NCBI GenBank assembly: GCA_950097015.1
Contig: CATNEN010000039.1
Coordinates: forward strand, 7,998,001-8,062,000
Direction: 5' to 3'
From: Macrostomum hystrix
Taxonomy: Eukaryota; Animalia; Platyhelminthes
DNA length: 64,000 bases
Shown here: positions 37,730-49,400 of the stretch, piece after piece
Layout: every line of letters begins with the position of its first letter
Position numbering within the stretch: position 1 is the first letter of the stretch
Notes under the pieces: model-generated
Databases searched by the model: none
Told to the model about the DNA's origin: nothing
Seen by the model: only the letters and a program-made list of their open reading frames with translations
Made by a program: the position numbers and the translations under genes

Positions 37730-37892
37730 CGCCATGCTCGCCATTATTGGCCATGCTTGATTCGATTTTGTTACTTTTCATTGATCGGCGTGAACTGTGT
37801 GTATGCCCGCCTTTTGTTTTTTTGGGCTGTAACATCATTAAAATTATTTGTAAATAATGCTATACCTTTTTCTGACACCTTAATTGGTAAGT
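37730..37892 (+). promoter_or_regulatory. Possible promoter / non-coding first exon of paralogue A
   Basis: YY1-like CGCCAT motifs at ~37730-37755 and a consensus donor G|GTAAGT at 37887 that could pair with the TTTCAG acceptor at 41391, upstream of ATG 41443. Inference only. Confidence 0.3.
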
Positions 37893-38324
37893 GTTAACAA
37901 CTAGTACACTATTATGATTCGCAAATCGCTTCGCAACCGTTTTCATAACTCCATTATTTGCAAAGCATTAATTCGCCGAACTAAAAAATGTGAATACTAA
38001 ATCACAAATACAGTCAAAGTTCAGCTATCAAATTTGTATTAATTATGTTTCAGATTAAACTTTGAGTTTTTTACTTTGCTTTGTGTAAGACTGTGCGCGC
38101 ACAGTAACTGTGCGGTCTAACTTAGTAACTTAGTAACTTTAGTTAGTTTTAGTTTTAGTTTTACTTAATACACTATATTAGTGCATAAAGCAACTGTAAT
38201 ACTATTTACGAATCAATACAACTGTGACGATTTTAGTCAACAGTGTACAGTTTAACAGTGACAATTTTTATCTTGCAATAACAAGATAAAATCAATGCTG
38301 TTTTAACTTTCATTTAATTGCCCT

Positions 38325-38641
38325 GTAATAATAATAATAATAATAAATTGATTACACCTACCCCAATTGTTATAGGTGCAGCCGACAGCACAGCCGCAGC
38401 TAATGCGCGGCGCATCTGAAGGCTGCGTACAGCTGTTCAGTCCATGGACTGGGGGACGCCATACCCACCTTCAATTATCCCAGCTGATGTTGGTACCCAT
38501 TTAACAGCTGGGTGAACTGAAGCAATGTAGAGTTAAGTGTCTTGCTAAAGGACACAAATTGTTCCAGTGGAGTCGGGAATCGAACCCCCGACCTTCAATT
38601 AGTCGTGAGTCTGACGCACTAACCATTAGGCTACAACCTCT
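38325..38641 (-). mobile_element. tRNA-derived CORE-type SINE, full length with (TTA)n tail
   Basis: Reverse complement of the 31481 element with A/B boxes, CORE and a simple-repeat tail. Confidence 0.87.
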
Positions 38642-41442
38642 TTTGTATAAAAAATGAATTAAAACTACGAACTTTACATTTCAAAGAATAATTATCCTGA
38701 CATTAACGGAAACCAAGTCACCGTTGCAGAGGCTTTGACGGCTACAAAAAACTATACCAAGTTTGAAGCACTTGTCAATGTTAGGCTAATCATTAGTATT
38801 TCATATTACAGTTGTCGCGTATAAATAAAAGCCGAAAGCTTTGTTTAAATACGCACACGTTAAAAATAAAGATCGATAATTTAAAAACACTAAGCTTGAG
38901 GTTTTTTTAAAGTTGTTTCTACTACACTGTCTGTACGTCTGTACTGTAGGCCTACAGGTACAGCTAAGTATTTTAGCCCTTGACCTTGTCTGTGTGCCTA
39001 GACACTCTCTGTATATCTACACTGGCATAGACAAAAATAAAATTCAAATCTAAAAATTGGCTACTACGTTAATCTTGTGTCAGGCTTACTATTTCTAACT
39101 TTATAGGCCTAATTATTAAATCATTTTTGCTTGGCCTTAGACTAGGAGCATATTTAGCTGCTTTTATTTAGCAAGCTTTCTTAAAATAATATACCTAGCT
39201 ATAGATGCTCAATATTCATATATGCGGCAGTCATCTAGTTTGCTGCATAATTTATTTTTCATTTTAGGCCTAGCATTTTTTCATATTGAATTAAACTCAC
39301 TGGACACACGGTCTATTCGAATTTTTGTGTAAAGTACTGTACAGGCTGTACCCCCACAATTTCAATGATCCAGAAATCCAAACCAGCACAATTGAAGGGT
39401 ATTCAGCTCACATTCAGGTCGAATTCAGGTGAATGCATTGCTAATTCCTAATATCTTTGCATCTTTCCAATGTGTTTAAAAGCAGTTTAAGTTATTATTA
39501 TTAACTTATTTTATTAAATAGGCCCTAACTATAGACTTAAATGAAATATTGCTGATGTGCACTTTTGGAATAACTTTTTGGCTATTGTAGACAATCTAGC
39601 ATGGCAATCCTAAGGTGGCATAGACATTGTATCAGGACAAATTTCAAATTATAAAGTAGGCCTAATGTGGACTGTTTATCAAGGCACATGACTTAAGAAA
39701 GTGTATAACAAGTTTTGCTTAGAGTTTGATGAATTTAAATTTTGCTTTTGATATTTTCTAGTTATAGGCCTATGCTTCATATTCTTGCTGTAAAGTCTAC
39801 TGGCAGCTATAATTGTATATAGCATGTGGTAAGTCAAGTTCTTGTATCCTACCTAGTGAGTGCCCCCTAGTCTGGATCATGCTGGGTGCACGCCAGAAAG
39901 AAGAAGGGAAAATTTTCATTTGCACACCAACGCATGCCAAAAAATGTTTTTGCATGCCTATGTACACTAAGAATTTTTACTATAAATTTCTTGATAGTGG
40001 CTATTCGTATAGTAGTCCATCCCATTGGTCAATGTAAATTGCATGGCATTAAACAAAAGTTAACCGGAGTATTCATGTAAAAGTTGGGTTCTAAATAAGA
40101 GTTTAAATATTCTTCTGATTACTATTAGGCCTATAGATTTATTTTACTTTTTTCTAAAGGGATGATTTTATTCTAAAGCATGTAATTGCCATTATTTAAT
40201 TTAAACTCTACCTCACAAATAGCCACAACCAAGTTTCTATGACTGTGTACACCAAGAGTACAGGCAAGATTAGCACTGCAAGACCAAAAGCACTCATTTT
40301 TTAGTTCAAATTTTGCTCTTGTTCAAGGCAATATATTTTATATTGAAATGAAACTACTGTCCAATATTTTTAGAGACAATTGGGCTCTTAGAAGCTTGTG
40401 AAGAAATATATATTGAAAAAAATGCTGAACTTTGTTTGAATGTTTGTTGGAGTTTGTTTGAAGCTGTACATCAAAGCTGCAAAAGTTTTGAATCACTTTT
40501 AGATGAAAATAGGAAATTTCAGCTTGAGCCCTTAGAGTGGCTTAGTTAGACTTTAGCCAACAAGTATTTTATTTCAATTTATTGTCTGTATATTTTTTGC
40601 CACTCTGATATTCTCCCATGTGCTACTGCACGCGGACATGGACATCACACACATAAATGCAAAGCACCTTTTTGCACGCAGAGTATGCCAATTGGAAGCT
40701 TGTGCATACCAACTGCACAAATGTAGGCCGGAAATTTCCGGCATAAACTACGTGATCTGAACTATGGGTGAGGGCATCATGGCAACAAGCAAAAGTGAGC
40801 TAGATGCTGTCCACATAAATACCACTTATTTCAATAAGGCTAATGTGAAGTGCTGAATTAAAACAGAAAATTTGAAAAAATCCTTATATTGCCATTAAAA
40901 TAAATTGGTGTTGGTTTAGATAATTTAATGCCATTACATGTCACCAATATAAAAATGTCTATAAGTTGATTATTGCCAGAATTCTTTTTTGCTAAATTTG
41001 CTGTGGCATACTGCAGATCATATAGCACCCAAGCATGTATTTACAATGGCAGCATGCCATTGTCACAATCATGCTGATTGCACACAAGAAAAATTTAGAA
41101 AGCTAAATAAGCTATATAGGAAAAAAGTATAACCTATAAATATTTTTATGTCTTGCATAAAGTGTAAATGTCAATAGCCCCTGGCCTAAGTCTTGTAATC
41201 TTACACTATGTAAGACAGTAGCTTAACTTAATTTACTAAACGAAAAAATAAAATAGATTAGAATATCAGCTTTTACAAAGAAATATTAATATAGGCCTAG
41301 TACAGATGCTTCTGAGAGCATTGTAGCTAAACATTTTGATGGCAAAAAAAATTTACTTCAAAATGATATTACTTTCTTAATACAATTTCAGCTTTGTCTT
41401 ATTTCCTTGTAACAAACCTATAAAAATCCAGGCCAAGCTAAA

Positions 41443-44400
41443 ATGGCCTCGGCAGCCTGCTTAACTAGCAGTTTGCCTAGCCTCAACAACGTGTTTTCCC
41501 CGATTGCTCTATTTGAATGCACTATTAGCAATGCCCAAATGCTGGTAGAATCAATGGAGCTAGTGGATCTAATCCTGGCCCAGAAAATTGTCTGCCAGCT
41601 GCAGGGCCGCCTAGTGGAGGTGATGGAGCCATCGGCTGGCCGACTGGCTCAAATAGCCCAGCTCTATAACAGCAGCAACCAGCGACATGGCCAATCTGAG
41701 TCTGAGCAGCCGTGCCAGCATCTGCCCACTGAGCCAGAGCAATCAGAAGAACATCAGAAACTGCCCGAGAAGCTGCAGATAGAACACAATCCAGCGACAA
41801 CGTGGCAATCCTCAACTGGAGTTGTCAAGGCGGAAGCTGGAGATGTGGCGGCACCTGCTGGTTACCTCACTGACAGAGAAGCTGCTGCTGGTGATGTCAG
41901 CATCTTCAACAGCAAAGCCAACGAGCCGGAGCTTGACGCCGAGGCCAGTCAGGACTTCAATGACGGTATTAGTGGCATGCTATGGGCCGACACTGCCAAT
42001 GCGTCGGTCGGCATTGCTACTAATTGGAATCGCAGCCAATTGATTCGATCAACGGGTTCGGCGAACACGAAGGCGTCGACAGGAGTTGGCGGAGCCTCTG
42101 GCATCGGCGGCTTGGGAGGCACCCTCTCGGACCGTTGGAAGCAGCTTCTGAGGCGCTCCTATCGATCAATCAAAGACCTGCGCGGGGAATTATTCGATTT
42201 CACCAAGTCGTGAGCGGCCTCTCCTAAACTAGTTCTTCTCATCTAAGATCCCAGCTAACCATAGTACAGTTGCTGTTAGATCCCAGCTAACCATAGTACA
42301 GTTGCTGTTAGATCCCAGCTAACCATAGTACAGTTGCTGTTAGATCCCAGCTAACCATAGTACAGTTGCTGTTAGATCCCAGCTAACCATAGTACAGTTG
42401 CTGTTAGATCCCAGCTAACCATAGTACAGTTGCTGTTAGATCCCAGCTAACCATAGTACAGTTGCTGTTAGATCCCAGCTAACCATAGTACAGTTGCTGT
42501 TAGATCCCAGCTAACCATAGTACAGTTGCTGTTAGATCCCAGCTAACCATAGTACAGTTGCTGTTAGATCCCAGCTAACCATAGTACAGTTGCTGTTAGA
42601 TCCCAGCTAACCATGGTACAGTTGCTGTTAGATCCCAGCTAACCATAGTACAGTTGCTGTTAGATCCCAGCTAACCATGGTACAGTTGCTGTTAGATCCC
42701 AGCTAACCATAGTACAGTTGCTGTTAGATCCCAGCTAACCATGGTACAGTTGCTGTTAGATCCCAGCTAACCATAGTACAGTTGCTGTTAGATCCCAGCT
42801 AACCATAGTACAGTTGCTGTTAGATCCCAGCTAACCATAGTACAGTTGCTGTTAGATCCCAGCTAACCATAGTACCGTTGCTGTTAGATCCCAGCTAACC
42901 ATAGTACGGGTTCTGTGAGATTACCTCCCAGCTAACTATTCACAAGTACTAAATAGTTCACTAAATCGTTCTCTAAGATTCCTGCTAATCACAAAACAGG
43001 TACTCAGCACCGGTAAATCGCAATGCTGCTCGGGCAATAATCGACCGGGCCATTGCTATGACCAGTCAACCGCCGCCGGACGTGGAATCTTGGAAGAGTG
43101 CGTAATTGTAATTGTATCTACTCTGGGTCACGCCACCAACTGTCAGCTATAAAGCGTTAGGTAATTCTAATTTCAGACTCTGTCCCTGTAGACACATTCA
43201 TGCGCTACTGGTTCAAGGACATCCTGCGAAGGAATTACCGACGACAGCACCAGCCAAAGCAAGGCTGGGCTTCGCGAGCCGCCAGGGTGGGTAATAGAAT
43301 TGCTTCACTCCATCCACCTACCTCCTCAGTCACTGAGCCATCCACCACCCCACCTCCTCAGTCACTGAGCCATCCACCCACCTCAGAAACTGAGCCATCC
43401 ACCCACCTGCTCAGTCACTGAGCCATCCACCACCCACCTCCTCAGTCACTGTGCCATCCACCTCCCCACCTCCTCAGAAACTGAGCCATCCACCCACCTC
43501 CTCAGAAACTGAGCCATCCACCCACCTCCTCAGAAACTGAGCCATCCACCCACCTCCTCAGAAACTGAGCCATCCACCCACCTCCTCAGAAACTGAGCCA
43601 TCCACCCACCTCAGAAACTGAGCCATCCACCCACCTCCTCAGAAACTGAGCCATCCACCCACCTCCTCAGAAACTGAGCCATCCACCCACCTCCTCAGAA
43701 ACTGAGCCATCCACCCACCTCAGAAACTGAGCCATCCACCCACCTCCTCAGAAACTGAGCCATCCACCCACCTCCTCAGAAACTGAGCCATCCACCCACC
43801 TCCTCAGTCACTAAGCCATCCACCACCCCACCTCCTCAGAAACTGAGCCATCCACCATCCCACCTCCTCAGTCACTGAGCCATCCACCATCCCACCTCCT
43901 CAGAAACTGAGCCATCCAGCCCACCTCCTCAGTCACTGTGCCATCCACCAACCTACCTCCTCAGAAACTGAGCCATCCACCCACCTCCTCAGAAACTGAG
44001 CCATCCACCCCACCTCCTCAGTCACTGTGCCATCCACCACCCCACCTCCTCAGAAACTGAGCCATCCACCATCCCACCTCCTCAGAAACTGAGCCATCCA
44101 CCCCACCTCCTCAGTCACTGTGCCATCCACCACCCCACCTCCTCAGAAACTGAGCCATCCACCATCCCACCTCCTCAGAAACTGAGCCATCCACCCCACC
44201 TCCTCAGTCACTGTGCCATCCACCACCCCACCTCCTCAGAAACTGAGCCATCCACCCACCTCCTCAGAAACTGAGCCATCCACCCACCTCCTCAGAAACT
44301 GAGCCATCCACCCACCTCCTCAGAAACTGAGCCATCCACCCACCTCCTCAGAAACTGAGCCATCCACCCACCTCCTCAGAAACTGAGCCATCCACCCACC

Positions 44401-45118
44401 TCCTCAGTCACTAAGCCATCCACCACCCCACCTCCTCAGAAACTGAGCCATTCACCATCCCACCTCCTCAGTCACTGAGCCATCCACCATCCCACCTCCT
44501 CAGAAACTGAGCCATCCACCCCACCTCCTCAGTCACTGTGCCATCCACCACCCCACCTCCTCAGAAACTGAGCCATCCACCATCCCACTTCCTCAGAAAC
44601 TGAGCCATCCACCCCACCTCCTCAGTCACTGTGCCATCCACCACCCCACCTCCTCAGAAACTGAGCCATCCACCCACCTCCTCAGAAACTGAGCCATCCA
44701 CCCACCTCCTCAGAAACTGAGCCAGCGGCAGCGCAGCTACGATAATCTTCAAGCGCACGGCACCCTCGGCATTACTGACATGGCCCGCCTGCGCGCCCTA
44801 CTCGACCTTCAGTACACCAGCTCCGATGACGAGGTTGCCGCAGCCGACGATGATGCCGCCGGGTTCGCAGCTGACGGGGAGCCGCAGACAGTGCTGCGCG
44901 TGAAACGCCTGGCCTGGGAATCAGCGGAGGCATCCAGGCTTAAAGCTTTACTTGACCAGCACTTCGCCGAGGTGATTGCTAATCCGCGCGAGCGACTTGA
45001 ACTGGAACGGATTAGGCGCCATCCGGATTGGATTAGTCGACGGCCGAAGCCGGACAGTCCGCTAGCCTGGGCTGTGATTGGCTGCGGCGCCCCAAACTCA
45101 ACTGATAGTGACATATAG
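41443..45118 (+). CDS. Uncharacterised protein, paralogue A (unrecognised N-terminal helical domain + C14orf93/DUF4616-like C-terminal region), 4 coding exons, ~454 aa
   Basis: Exons 41443-42209, 43000-43097, 43192(or 43177)-43286, 44714-45118; phases 2/1/0 join in frame. Each exon aligns by eye with paralogues B and C (FSPIALFECTIS; WKQLLRRSY..FDF; KLSQRQRSY; YTSSDDE..LAWES..LD..SRRPKPDSPLAWA). The family label is from recalled similarity, not a search. Confidence 0.8.
42246..42906. repeat. 32-bp minisatellite (~20 copies), paralogue A intron 1
   Basis: Unit AGATCCCAGCTAACCATAGTACAGTTGCTGTT. Confidence 0.95.
43310..44723. repeat. 25-32-bp minisatellite (~45-50 copies) whose unit is the 3' splice site of paralogue A intron 3
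   Basis: Unit CCACCCACCTCCTCAG|AAACTGAGCCAT; the last copy runs directly into exon 4 at 44714. Confidence 0.92.
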
Positions 45119-45461
45119 TGACAAACATTTCCTAACTGAAAGTAATAGATTGATTTATTGATTTTAGTTGTTAATGTGAGTACTTAGCTTATTTCTTAAG
45201 TAAAATGTAACTCAAATTTTATAGTTATAAATGATAATATTATTTTACTGTGCATTTTAGTCGGCTCTGTTTATGCAGTGCTGCAATAACTTTATAACTT
45301 TAAACACCGTGCCATTAGAAGTGACTTTTTGTGCTGCACGTCTGATTCGTGGCTTTTAGGCCGACTTTTAAAGTAATAGTAAATACGCAAGACTGGATAA
45401 CTCAGTGGATTAGTAGATTAGACAGGATTAGTTGTTAAGACACTGGGTTAGTAGATAAATA

Positions 45462-46295
45462 TGTTGGATTAGTAGATAACGATGTTGGATTAGTAGATAA
45501 CGATGTTGGATTAGTAGATAAAGATGTTGGATTAGTAGATAAAGATGTTGGATTAGTAGATAAATATGTTGGATTAGTAGATAACGATGTTGGATTAGTA
45601 GATAACGATGTTGGATTAGTAGATAACGATGTTGGATTAGTAGATAAAGATGTTGGATTAATAGATAAAGATGTTGGATTAGTAGATAAATACGTTGGAT
45701 TAATAGATAAAGATGTTGGATTAGTAGATAAATACGTTGGATTAGTAGATAAATATGTTGGATTAGTAGATAAAGATGTTGGATTAGTAGATAAAGATGT
45801 TGGATTAGTAGATAAATACGTTGGATTAGTAGATAAATATGTTGGATTAGTAGATAAATACGTTGGATTAGTAGATAAAGATGTTGGATTAGTAGATAAA
45901 TATGTTGGATTAGTAGATAACGATGTTGAATTAGTAGATAAAAATGTTGGATTAGTAGATAAATATGTTGGATTAGTAGATAAAGATGTTGGATTATTAG
46001 ATAAATATGTTGGATTAGTAGATAACGATGTTGGATTAGTAGATAAAGATGTTGGATTAGTAGATAAAGATGTTGGATTAGTAGATAACGATGTTGGATT
46101 AGTAGATAAAGATGTTGGATTAGTAGATAAAGATGTTGGATTAGTAGATAACGATGTTGGATTAGTAGATAAAGATGTTGGATTAGTAGATAAAGATGTT
46201 GGATTAGTAGATAAATATGTTGGATTAGTAGATAAAGATGTTGGATTAGTAGATAAATACGTTGGATTAGTAGATAAATATGTTGGATTAGTAGA
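45462..46295. repeat. 21-bp minisatellite (~39 copies) in the A-B spacer
   Basis: Unit GTTGGATTAGTAGATAAAGAT. Confidence 0.95.
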
Positions 46296-46491
46296 TGGAA
46301 TAGTAAGTAAGCCAGTGGATTAGTAGTAAAGACAATGGATTAGTATATATAACACTGGATAAGCAGCTGAATTGCCAATCTAATCTTCTATTTCAGCGCT
46401 AGCAGTCACATTTGTCGCACATCAATAGAATTGAATTGAACTGTCTTGTCCAAGCCTGATTTGCGCCTAGACCAATCAAACCTGTCTCGCT

Positions 46492-49400
46492 ATGGCTGCA
46501 GTTGGCATTTCTCCATTCGCCGCTGGGCATCATCAACCAATGGGAGGCGGAGGCGGCAGCGCCGGTGGTGGCAGCGGCGGCAGTGGCGGAGGGACCTTCT
46601 CACCGCTGACAATGTTCGAGTGCACAATATCTAGCGCCACTATGCTCATTGATAATATGGCAGTGCGGGATCTGCTTGTTGCTTTTAAAATTGTCGCTCA
46701 ACTGCACGGACACTTGCTGGAGGTGCTTGATCCCACAGTCCAGAGGCTGGCCAATGTTGCTGATGAGCATTCCATGGTAAGTGCGTTGAAGTGATAAAGA
46801 ATTAACATAAACATGGCGATGGAGAAAAGGACAATTTGAATTGAAAAATGATAGGTAGGTAGATTTGGATGATGACTGGTAGGTAGATTTGGATGATGAC
46901 TGGTAGGTAGATTTGGATGATGACTGGTAGGTAGATTTGGATGATGACTGGTAGGTAGATTTGGATGATGACTGGTAGGTAGATTTGGATGATGACTGGT
47001 AGGTAGATTTGGATGATGACTGGTAGGTAGATTTGGATGATGACTGGTAGGTAGATTTAGATGATGACTGGTAGGTAGATTTTGATGATGACTGGTAGGT
47101 AGATTTGGATGATGACTGGTAGGTAGATTTTGATGATGACTGGTAGGTAGATTTGGATGATGACTGGTAGGTAGATTTGGATGATGACTGGTAGGTAGAT
47201 TTGGATGATGACTGGTAGGTAGATTTGGATGATGACAGCTGGTAGGTAGATTTGGATGATGACAGCTGGTAGGTAGATTTTGATGATGACTGGTAGGTAG
47301 ATTTGGATGATGACTGGTAGGTAGATTTGGATGATGACTGGTAGGTAGATTTGGATGATGACTGGTAGGTAGATTTGGATGATGACTGGTAGGTAGATTT
47401 GGATGATGACGACAAAAATATTGCCCAACAATATGGTTCCAGTGCCCGCCTCCCATGGTCCAACAAGTTATGCCAGTGGCTTCCCATCTCCCCGGCACGT
47501 CGGGAGCCGCTGTCTCCTCTGCCAACTCCGTCAGCGTGAGCACAGTCGGCAAACTTGACAATTCATCTTCATCCATGCTAATTAAACCTGAAACAATAGA
47601 CTCTGACGACGACTGTGTACTAATGGAGGCCGATTTAATATTTGACAATAGCCAGCTGCCTCATTCTCAGCAGCAGCAGCATGCCAGCTTCGCTAGCAGT
47701 CGAAGCGGTGGGGGCGGCGATTCGTCAGCAACTGGCGACCTGTCCAACGAATGGAAAGGCATCTTGCGCAAGGCCTACCGAGTTTTAAAGGACGAAACTG
47801 GCAGCAACGTGTTCGACTTCTCACTGCCTTATTCTGCTAGGGCCAATGTGCAAGCAGCTAATAGAGTTATTGACAAGGCTTTGTCACTCAGCCGACAGAA
47901 GCCCGTCAATGTTGACGCTTGGAGAAGTGAGTCAGATTCTAGATAACTTTGTGCGCCTCGTTAAGGATTCGCACTATCCTACAGTCCTTCAGTTCCGCTC
48001 TCCCCAGTCCTTCAGTTCCGCTCTCCCCAGTCCTTCAGTTCCGCTCTCCCCAGTCCTTCAGTTCCGCTCTCCCCAGTCCTTCAGTTCCGCTCTCCCCAGT
48101 CCTTCAGTTCCGCTCTCCCCAGTCCTTCAGTTCCGCTCTCCCCAGTCCTTCAGTTCCGCTCTCCCCAGTCCTTCAGTTCCGCTCTCCCCAGTCCTTCAGT
48201 TCCCCTCTCCCCAGTCCTTCAGTTCCGCTCTCCCCAGTCCTTCAGTTCCGCTCTCCCCAGTCCTTCAGTTCCGCTCTCCCCAGTCCTTCAGTTCCGCTCT
48301 CCCCAGTCCTTCAGTTCCCCTCTCCCCAGTCCTTCAGTTCCGCTCTCCCCAGTCCTTCAGTTCCGCTCTCCCCAGTCCTTCAGTTCCCCTCTCCCCAGTC
48401 CTTCAGTTCCGCTCTCCCCAGTCCTTCAGTTCCGCTCTCCCCAGTCCTTCAGTTCCGCTCTCCCCAGTCCTTCAGTTCCGCTCTCCCCAGTCCTTCAGTT
48501 CCCCTCTCCCCAGTCCTTCAGTTCCGCTCTCCCCAGTCCTTCAGTTCCGCTCTCCCCAGTCCTTCAGTTCCGCTCTCCCCAGTCCTTCAGTTCCCCTCTC
48601 CCCAGTCCTTCAGTTCCGCTCTCCCCAGTCCTTCAGTTCCGCTCTCCCCAGTCCTTCAGTTCCGCTCTCCCCAGTCCTTCAGTTCCGCTCTCCCCAGTCC
48701 TTCAGTTCCCCTCTCCCCAGTCCTTCAGTTCCGCTCTCCCCAGTCCTTCAGTTCCGCTCTCCCCAGTCCTTCAGTTCCCCTCTCCCCAGTCCTTCAGTTC
48801 CGCTCTCCCCAGTCCTTCAGTTCCGCTCTCCCCAGTCCTTCAGTTCCGCTCTCCCCAGTCCTTCAGTTCCGCTCTCCCCAGTCCTTCAGTTCCCCTCTCC
48901 CCAGTCCTTCAGTTCCGCTCTCCCCAGTCCTTCAGTTCCGCTCTCCCCAGTCCTTCAGTTCCGCTCTCCCCAGTCCTTCAGTTCCGATCTCCCCAGTCCT
49001 TCAGTTCCGCTCTCCCCAGTCCTTCAGTTCCGATCTCCCCAGTCCTTCAGTTCCGATCTCCCCAGTCCTTCAGTTCCGCTCTCCCCAGTCCTTCAGTTCC
49101 GCTCTCCCCAGTCCTTCAGTTCCGCTCTCCCCAGTCCTTCAGTTCCGCTCTCCCCAGTCCTTCAGTTCCGATCTCCCCAGTCCTTCAGTTCCGCTCTCCC
49201 CAGTCCTTCAGTTCCGCTCTCCCCAGTCCTTCAGTTCTGATCTCCCCAGTCCTTCAGTTCCGCTCTCCCCAAGCCTTCAGTTCCGATCTCCCCAGTCCTT
49301 CAGTTCCGCTCTCCCCAGTCCTTCAGTTCCGCTCTCCCCAGTCCTTCAGTTCCGCTCTCCCCAGTCCTTCAGTTCCGCTCTCCCCAGTCCTTCAGTTCCG

